This document shows, in pieces, positions 54,602 through 64,000 of a stretch of 64,000 nt of DNA. Position numbers and translations under genes: made by a program. Source of the stretch: the human T2T-CHM13v2.0 reference genome, Homo sapiens; the NCBI RefSeq assembly GCF_009914755.1, contig NC_060948.1; one strand, written 5' to 3'. Below the pieces are notes generated by a model. It did no database searches, was not told the DNA's origin, and saw nothing but the letters and a program-made list of their open reading frames with translations. Each line of letters opens with the position of its first letter. The first letter of the stretch is position 1.

Positions 54602-57600
54602 CCTGGAATAAAGTGGAATGCTACGGTCTCGAATGGAATAAAAATGTATGGAATGGAATGCAATGAAACGGAATCGAATGTCATAGAATGTAATGGAATG
54701 CAAAAAAATGGAATCCAAAATCATTGAATGGAAAGGCTGGGTGTCGAAAGGAATTGACTCCAATGGAATGGAATCGAATGGAATGGAAGTGAATAGAATC
54801 GAACTAAATCGAATGGAATGGAATTGATAGGAACGGAATGGAAAGGAATGCAATGATTTGGCATGGAATGGAATCGAATGGCATCGAATGGAATGGAATG
54901 GAATGCAATGGAATGGAATGTATTAGAATGTAATGAACATTAATCGAATGTACTCGAATGGATTCGACTGGAATGGAATGTTCTGGAAGTGAATGGACTC
55001 CAATGGAATGGATTCCAAAGGAATGGAATCGTACGGAATGGAATCTAATGGAATGGAATTAAATGGAAATGAATCAAATTGAATAGCACGGAATTGAATT
55101 GAATGGAATGGAATGCAATGGAATCTAATGAAACGGAAAGGAAAGGAATGGAATGGAATGGAATGGGCTGGAATGGAAAGGAATCGAAACGAATGGAATG
55201 GAATCGAACTGAAGAGACTGGAATGGAATGCACTGGAATGGAAGGGAGTGTAATGGAAGGTTCTCGAAAAAAATGGAATCGAATGGAATGCAATTGAATG
55301 GAACGGAATAGAGTCGAATGGAATTGAATGGAATGGAATGGACTAGAGTGAAATGGAATCGAACCACAAGGAATGGACAGGAATAGAATGGTCTCGAATT
55401 GAATGGAATCGTATGGAATGGCATCAAACGGAATGGAATGGACAGCCACGGAATGGAATGCACTCGAATGCAATGGAGTCGAAACTAATGGACTGGAATA
55501 GAATGGACTCGACTGGTACGGACTCCAATGGAATGGAATCGAATGGAAGGGAATCGAACGGAAGGGAATCGAACGGAATGGACTCGAAGGGAAAAGACTG
55601 CAATGGAAAGGTCTCGAATGGAATGGAAATTAATGGAATGGAATGGAATCGAATGAAATAGAGTCAAAAGGAATGGAATCGAATGGCAAGAAATCGAATG
55701 TAATGGAATCGCAAGGAATTGATGTGAACGGAACGGAATGGAATGGAATCCAAAGGAATGGAATAGAATGGAATGGAATCGAATGGAAAGGACTCGAATG
55801 GAAATCACTCGAATAGAATGCAATTTAATAAAATAGGATCAAATGTAATGGAATGGAATGGAAAGGAATCGAAACGAAAGGAATGGAGACAGATGGAATG
55901 GAATGGAACAGAGAGCAATGGTATAGAACGGAATGGAATCATCTGGAATGGAATTGAATGGAAAGGAATAATATGAAATGGAAAGGAATGGAATGGAATG
56001 CCCTTGAATTAAATGGACTGCAATGGAATGGACTCGAACAGAGTGGAATGGAAAGTGTTGAAATAGAATGGAATTGACTCGTTTGGAATGGTCTAGTATG
56101 CAATGCAATCGACTGGCAGGGAATCAAAAGGAATGTAATCGAATGGATTGGACTGGAATGCAATGGACTCGAATAGATTGGAAACGGAATGCAAAGGAAT
56201 GGAATGGAATAGTATGGAATGGAATGGAAAGGAATGGAGTGGAATAGACTAGAGTGGAATGGAATGGACTCGAAAGCAATGGACTGGAATGGAACTTTCT
56301 TGAATGGACTGGAACCAAACGGAATGGAATGCAATGCAATCAAATGGCATGGAATAAGATAGAATGAAAGAGAATCAAATGGAATTGAATCGAATGGAAT
56401 CGAATGGATTGGAAAGGAATAGAATGGAATGGAATGGAATTGACTCAAATGGAATGGACTAGAATGGAATGGATTCGAATGGAAGGCAAAGGAATGGAAT
56501 CTATCGGAATGGACTGTAATGGAATGGAATGGAAGGGATTGGAATGGATTCGAATGGAATGGACTGCAATAGAAAGGATTCGAATGGAATGAAAAAGAAT
56601 TGAATGGAATAGAACAGAATGGAATCAAATCGAATGAAATGGAATGGAATAGAAAGGAATGGAATGAAATGGAATGGAAAGGATTCGAATGGAATGCAAT
56701 CGAATGGAATGGAATCGAACGGAATGGAATAAAATGGAAGAAAACTGGCAAGAAATGGAATCGAAATGAATGGAGTGTTATGGAACGGACTCAAAAGGAA
56801 TTGAATGTAATAGAATGGAGTGGAGTGGACTCGAATATAATGGACTGGAATGGAATGAAATCACATGGAATGGGAACGAATGGAATGGAATGGAAAGGAA
56901 TGGAATCGAATGGAAAGGAATCGAATGGAAGGGAATGAAATTGAATCAACAGGAATGGAAGGGAATAGAATAGACGGTAATGGAATGGACTCGAATAGAA
57001 TGGACACGAATGCTCAAATTGAATGGACTCGAATGGAATGGAAACGAAAGGAATGTCATCGAATGGAATTGAATGGATTGGAATGAAATCGCATAGAATG
57101 GAGTGGAATCAAATGGAATTGAATCGAAAGGAAAGGAAGCGAATGGACTGAAATGAAATGGAATGGAATTGAATGGAAAGTAATGCAATGGAATAGAATG
57201 GAACGAAATTTCACGGAATGGAATCAAACTGAATGGAATCAAATCAATGGAATCAAATCAAATGGAATGGAAAGGAATTGAATGGAGTAGATTGGATTGG
57301 ATGTGATTGGAATGAAATGTACTGGAAAGGACTCGAATTTCATGAAACGGAATGGAATGAATTAGAACGGAATGGACTCGAATGGAATGGAATGTCATGG
57401 AATGGCATCAAATGGAATGGTATCAAATGGAATGGAATCGAATGCAATGGAATGCTATGGAATGGAATGGAATGCATTGGAATGGAATGTCCTCTAATGG
57501 AATGGATTCGAGTGGAATGGAATCGAATATAATGGAGTCGAATGAAATGGAATTGAAAGGAATGGGATCGAATACAATGGAATATACTGGAATGTAATGT

Positions 57601-58180
57601 AATGAACTCGAATGTAATTGACTGGAATGGAATGTACATGAATGGAATGTAATCGAATGGAAAGTAATCCAATGGAATAGAATCTAATGCAATAAAATCG
57701 ACTCAGATAGAGTAGAATGTAATGGAATGGAGTGCAGTGCAATGGAATGGAATGGAATGGAATGCAATGGAATGGAATGGAATGGAATGGAATGGAATGG
57801 AATGGAATGGAATGGGATGGAATGGTGTGGAATGGATAGTAATGGACTGGAGTGAAATGGACTGGAAAGGAATGGACTCAAATTGAAAGGGCTCGAAAGG
57901 AATGGAGTCAAATGGAATGGTCTGGAATGGAATGAACACGAATGTAATGCAACCCAATAGAATGGAATCGAATGGCATGGAATATAAAGAAATGGAATCG
58001 AAGAGAATGGAAGCAAATCGAATGGAATTGAATGGAATGGAATTGAATGGAATGGGAACGAATGGAGTGAAATTGTATGCAGTAGAAGAGAATAGAATGG
58101 AATGCAAGCGAAAGGAAAGGAATGGATTGCAATGGAATGGAATTCATTGGAATGGAAGGGAATGTAGTGTAATGGACAGG
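54602..58180 (-). repeat. DYZ1 unit 16 (3579 bp)
   Basis: HaeIII-to-HaeIII; 15-bp tandem duplication at 55546-55575. Confidence 0.9.
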
Positions 58181-61100
58181 CCTGGAATAAAGTGGAATGC
58201 TACGGTCTCGAATGGAATAAAAATGTATGGAATGGAATGCAATGAAACGGAATCGAATGTCATAGAATGTAATGGAATGCAAAAAAATGGAATCCAAAAT
58301 CATTGACTGGAAATGCTGGGTGTCGAAAGGAATTGACTCCAATGGAATGGAATCGAATGGAATGGAAGTGAATAGAATCGAACTAAATCGAATGGAATGG
58401 AATTGATAGGAACGGAATGGAAAGGAATGCAATGATTTGGCATGGAATGGAATCGAATGGCATCAAATGGAATGGAATGGAATGCAATGGAATGGAATGT
58501 ATTAGAATGTAATGAACATTAATGGAATGTACTCGAATGGATTCGACTGGAATGGAATGTTCTGGAAGTGAATGGACTCCAATGGAATGGATTCAAAAGG
58601 AATGGAATCGTACGGAATGGAATCTAATGGAATGGAATTAAATGGAAATGAATCAAATTGAATAGCACGGAATTGAATTGAATGGAATGGAATGCAATGG
58701 AATCTAATGAAACGGAAAGGAAAGGAATGGAATGGAATGGAATGGGCTGGAATGGAAAGGAATCGAAACGAATGGAATGGAATCGAACTGAAGAGACTGG
58801 AATGGAATGCACTGGAATGGAAGGGAGTGTAATGGAAGGTTCTCGAAAAAAATGGAATCGAATGGAATGGAATTGAATGGAACGGAATAGAGTCGAATGG
58901 AATTGAATGGAATGGAATGGACTAGAGTAAAATGGAATTGAACCACAAGGAATGGACAGGAATAGAATGGTCTCGAATTGAATGGAATCGTATGGAATGG
59001 CATCAAACGGAATGGAATGGACAGCCACGGAATGGAATGCACTCGAATGCAATGGAGTCGAAACTAATGGACTGGAATAGAATGGACTCGACTGGTACGG
59101 ACTCCAATGGAATGGAATCGAATGGAAGGGAATCGAACGGAAGGGAATCGAACGGAATGGACTCGAAGGGAAAAGACTGTAATGGAAAGGTCTCGAATGG
59201 AATGGAAATTAATGGAATGGAATGGAATCGAATGAAATGGAGTCAAAAGGAATGGAATCGAATGGCAAGAAATCGAATGTAATGGAATCGCCAGGAATTG
59301 ATGTGAACGGAACGGAATGGAATGGAATCCAAAGGAATGGAATAGAATGGAATGGAATCGAATGGAAAGGACTCGAATGGAAATCACTCGAATAGAATGC
59401 AATTTAATAAAATAGGATCAAATGTAATGGAATGGAATGGAAAGGAATCGAAACGAAAGGAATGGAGACAGATGGAATGGAATGGAACAGAGAGCAATGG
59501 TATAGAATGGAATGGAATCATCTGGAATGGAATTGAATGGAATGGAATAATATGAAATGGAATGGAATGGAATAGAATGGAATGCCCTTGAATTAAATGG
59601 ACTGGAATGGAATGGACTCAAACAGAGTGGAATGGAAAGTGTGGAGATAGAATGGAATGAACTCCTTTGGAATGCTGTAGTATGCAATGCAATCGACTGG
59701 CAGGGAATCAAAAGGAATGTAATCGAATGGATTGGACTGGAATGCAATGGACTCGAATAGATTGGAAACGGAATGCAAAGGAATGGAATGGAATAGTATG
59801 GAATGCAATGGAAGGGAATGGAGTGGAATAGACTAGAGTGGAATGGAATGGACTGGAAAGCAATGGACTGGAATGGAACTTTCTTGGATGGACTGGAATC
59901 AAACGGAATGGAATACAATGCAATCAAATGGCATGGAATAAAATAGAATGAAAGAGAATCAAATGGAATTGAATCGAATGGAATCGAATGGATTGGAAAG
60001 GAATAGAATGGAATGGAATGGAATTGACTCAAATGGAATGGACTAGAATGGAATGGATTCGAATGGAAGGCAAAGGAATGGAATCTATTGGAATGGACTG
60101 TAATGGAATGGAATGGAAGGGATTGGAATGGACTCGAATGGAATGGACTGCAATAGAAAGGATTCGAATGGAATGAAAAAGAATTGAATGGAATAGAACA
60201 GAATGGAATCAAATCGAATGAAATGGAATGGAATAGAAAGGAATGGAATGAAATGGAATGGAAAGGATTCGAATGGAATGCAATCGAATGGAATGGAATC
60301 GAACGGAATGGAATAAAATGGAAGAAAACTGGCAAGAAATGGAATCGAAATGAATGGAGTGTTATGGAACGGACTCAAAAGGAATTGAATGTAATAGAAT
60401 GGAGTGGAGTGGACTCGAATATAATGGACTGGAATGGAATGAAATCACAAGGAATGGGAACGAAAGGAATGGAATGGAAAGGAATGGAATCGAATGGAAA
60501 GGAATCGAATGGAAGGGAATGAAATTGAATCAACAGGAATGGAAGGGAATAGAATAGACGGTAATGGAATGGACTCGAATAGAATGGACACGAATGCTCA
60601 AATTAAATGGACTCGAATGGAATGGAAACGAAAGGAATGTCATCGAATGGAATTGAATCGATTGGAATGAAATCGCATAGAATGGAGTGGAATCAAATGG
60701 AATTGAATCGAAAGGAAAGGAAGCGAATGGACTGAAATGAAATGGAATGGAATTGAATGGAAAGTAATGCAATGGAATAGAATGGAACGAAATTTCACGG
60801 AATGGAATCAAACTGAATGGAATCAAATCAATGGAATCAAATCAAATGGAATGGAAAGGAATTGAATGGAGTAGATTGGATTGGATGGGATTGGAATGAA
60901 ATGTACTGGAAAGGACTCGAATTTCATGAAACGGAATGGAATGAATTGGAACGGAATGGACTCGAATGGAATGGAATGTCATGGAATGGCATCAAATGGA
61001 ATGGCATCAAATGGAATGGAATCGAATGCAATGGAATGCTATGGAATGGAATGGAATGCATTGGAATGGAATGTCCTCTAATGGAATGGATTCGAGTGGA

Positions 61101-61789
61101 ATGGAATCGAATATAATGGAGTCGAATGAAATGGAATTGAAAGGAATGGGATCGAATACAATGGAATATACTGGAATGTAATGTAATGAACTCGAATGTA
61201 ATTGACTGGAATGGAATGTACATGAATGGAATGTAATCGAATGGAAAGTAATCCAATGGAATAGAATCTAATGCAATAAAATCGACTCAGATAGAGTAGA
61301 ATGTAATGGAATGGAGTGCAGTGCAATGGAATGGAATGGAATGGAATGCAATTGAATGGAATGGAATGGAATGGAATGGAATGGAATGGAATGGGATGGA
61401 ATGGTATGGAATGGAATGGAATGGGATGGAATGGTATGGAATGGATAGTAATGGACTGGAGTGAAATGGACTGGAAAGGAATGGACTCAAATTGAAAGGT
61501 TTCAAAAGGAATGGAGTCAAATGGAATGGTCTGGAATGGAATGAACACGAATGTAATGCAATCCAACAGAATGGAATCGAATGGCATGGAATATAAAGAA
61601 ATGGATTCGAAGAGAATGGAAACAAATGGAATGGAATTGAATGGAATGGAATTGAATGGAATGGGAACGAATGGAGTGAAATTGTATGCAATAGAAGGGA
61701 ATAGAATGGAATGCAAGCGAAAGGAAAGGAATGGATTGGAATGGAATGGAATTCATTGGAATGGAAGGGAATGTAGTGTAATGGACAGG
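58181..61789 (-). repeat. DYZ1 unit 17 (3609 bp)
   Basis: HaeIII-to-HaeIII; 15-bp duplication at 59125-59154 and 30-bp duplication at 61381-61440. Confidence 0.9.
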
Positions 61790-64000
61790 CCTGGAATAAA
61801 GTGGAATGCTACGGTCTCGAATGGAATAAAAATGTATGGAATGGAATGCAATGAAATGGAATCGAATGTCATAGAATGTAATGGAATGCAACAAAATGGA
61901 ATCCAAAATCATTGACTGGAAAGGCTGGGTGTCGAAAGGAATTGACTCCAATGGAATGGAATCGAATGGAATGGAAGTGAATAGAATCGAACTAAATCGA
62001 ATGGAATGGAATTGATAGGAACGGAATGGAAAGGAATGCAATGATTTGGCTTGGAATGGAATCGAATGGCATCGAATGGAATGGAATGGAATGCAATGGA
62101 ATGGAATGTATTAGAATGTAATGAACTTTAATGGAATGTACTCGAATGGATTCGACTGGAATGGAATGTTCTGGAAGTGAATGGACTCCAATGGAATGGA
62201 TTCAAAAGGAATGGAATCGTACGGAATGGAATCTAATGGAGTGGAATTAAATGGAAATGAATCAAATTGAATAGCACGGAATTGAATTGAATGGAATGGA
62301 ATGCAATGGAATCTAATGAAACGGAAAGAAAAGGAATGGAATGGAATGGAATGGACTGGAATGGAAAGGAATCGAAACGAATGGAATGGAATCGAACTGA
62401 AGAGACTGGAATGGAATGCACTGGAATGGAAGGGAGTGTAATGGAAGGTTCTCGAAAAAAATGGAATCGAATGGAATGGAATTGAATGGAACGGAATAGA
62501 GTCGAATGGAATTGAATGGAATGGAATGGACTAGAGTGAAATGGAATCGAACCACAAGGAATGGACAGGAATAGAATGGTCTCGAATTGAATGGAATCGT
62601 ATGGAATGGCATCAAACGGAATGGAATGGACAGCCACGGAATGGAATGCACTCGAATGCAATGGAGTCGAAACTAATGGACTGGAATAGAATGGACTCGA
62701 CTGGTACGGACTCCAATGGAATGGAATCGAATGGAAGGGAATCGAACGGAATGGACTCGAAGGGAAAAGACTGCAATGGAAAGGTCTCGAATGGAATGGA
62801 AATTAATGGAATGGAATGGAATCGAATGAAATGGAGTCAAAAGGAATGGAATCGAATGGCAAGAAATCGAATGTAATGGAATCGCAAGGAATTGATGTGA
62901 ACGGAACGGAATGGAATGGAATCCAAAGGAATGGAATAGAATGGAATGGAATCGAATGGAAAGGACTCGAATGGAAATCACTCGAATAGAATGCAATTTA
63001 ATAAAATAGGATCAAATGTAATGGAATGGAATGGAAAGGAATCGAAACGAAAGGAATGGAGACAGATGGAATGGAATGGAACAGAGAGCAATGGTATAGA
63101 ATGGAATGGAATCATCTGGAATGGAATTGAATGGAATGGAATAATATGAAATGGAATGGAATGGAATGGAATGGAATGCCCTTGAATTAAATGGACTGGA
63201 ATGGAATGGACTCGAACAGAGTGGAATGGAAAGTGTTGAGATAGAATGGAATGGACTCCTTTGGAATGGTGTAGTATGCAATGCAATCGACTGGCAGGGA
63301 ATCAAAAGGAATGTAATCGAATGGATTGGACTGGAATGCAATGGACTCGAATAGATTGGAAACGGAATGCAAAGGAATGGAATGGAATAGTATGGAATGG
63401 AATGGAAAGGAATGGAGTGGAATAGACTAGAGTGGAATGGAATGGACTGGAAAGCAATGGACTGGAATGGAACTTTCTTGAATGGACTGGAATCAAACGG
63501 AATGGAATGCAATGCAATCAAATGGCATGGAATAAAATAGAATGAAAGAGAATCAAATGGAATTGAATCGAATGGAATCGAATGGATTGGAAAGGAATAG
63601 AATGGAATGGAATGGAATTGACTCAAATGGAATGGACTAGAATGGAATGGATTCGAATGGAAGGCAAAGGAATGGAATCTATTGGAATGGACTGTAATGG
63701 AATGGAATGGAAGGGATTGGAATGGACTCGAATGGAATGGACTGCAATAGAAAGGATTCGAATGGAATGAAAAAGAATTGAATGGAATAGAACAGAATGG
63801 AATCAAATCGAATGAAATGGAATGGAATAGAAAGGAATGGAATGAAATGGAATGGAAAGGATTCGAATGGAATGCAATCGAATGGAATGGAATCGAACGG
63901 AATGGAATAAAATGGAAGAAAACTGGCAAGAAATGGAATCGAAATGAATGGAGTGTTATGGAACGGACTCAAAAGGAATTGAATGTAATAGAATGGAGTG
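61790..64000 (-). repeat. Partial DYZ1 unit (window edge)
   Basis: First ~2.2 kb of a further unit; the array continues past the window. Confidence 0.9.

Larger units (their letters stand above)
1..64000 (-). repeat. DYZ1: Human Satellite III array, DYZ1 (Yq12) ~3.56-kb tandem repeat; CATTC-rich canonical strand is the minus strand
   Basis: Degenerate GGAAT pentamers throughout. The unique landmark GGACAGGCCTG recurs with GGCC at 1210, 4754, 8317, 11880, 15444, 19007, 22570, 26129, 29683, 33247, 36806, 40365, 43934, 47488, 51032, 54600, 58179 and 61788 (mean spacing ~3563). One EcoRI site per unit (e.g. 1171). The ORF track repeats with the same period. The DYZ1 assignment rests on unit length and recalled consensus, not a database search. 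Confidence 0.96.

Noticed and set aside
259-63972. Hundreds of ORFs (MEWNG.. on +, FHSIP.. on -)
   Set aside because: These are direct translations of (GGAAT)n/(ATTCC)n, which lack stop codons in pure form. They overlap in all frames, recur each unit and show no domain-like content.
1-64000. CRISPR-like or repeat-spacer array
   Set aside because: There are no unique spacers; the 'non-repeat' words are the same in every unit. No cas or other genes.
1-64000. Embedded Alu/L1/DYZ2 block, unique insert or strand inversion
   Set aside because: Read end to end, every segment maps to the unit in the same orientation, and unit lengths leave no room for an insert above ~45 bp.

Overview
The whole 64 kb is one uninterrupted, single-orientation array of human Satellite III (HSat3): degenerate (GGAAT)n on the + strand, organised into a ~3.56-kb tandem unit. 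I recognise it as DYZ1, the Yq12 heterochromatin repeat. The unit is about 3,564 bp with one HaeIII/StuI site (AGGCCT) and one EcoRI site each, and its sequence matches my recollection of the DYZ1 consensus on the reverse strand. There are 18 GGCC anchors, giving 17 complete units of 3,544-3,609 bp (mean ~3,563) plus two partial units. I see no genes, RNA genes, transposon insertions, DYZ2 blocks or inversions. All listed ORFs are artefacts of the pentamer repeat. I cannot support a new protein-coding system here. Three things are worth a second look: (i) three perfect heat-shock elements (GAAnnTTCnnGAA) at fixed positions in every unit, 52 of 54 intact by eye; (ii) a readable history of nested 1-unit and 2-unit duplications and variant domains; (iii) indels that are mostly multiples of 15 bp, plus four fixed register shifts per unit. 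All comparisons were made by eye, not by alignment software.
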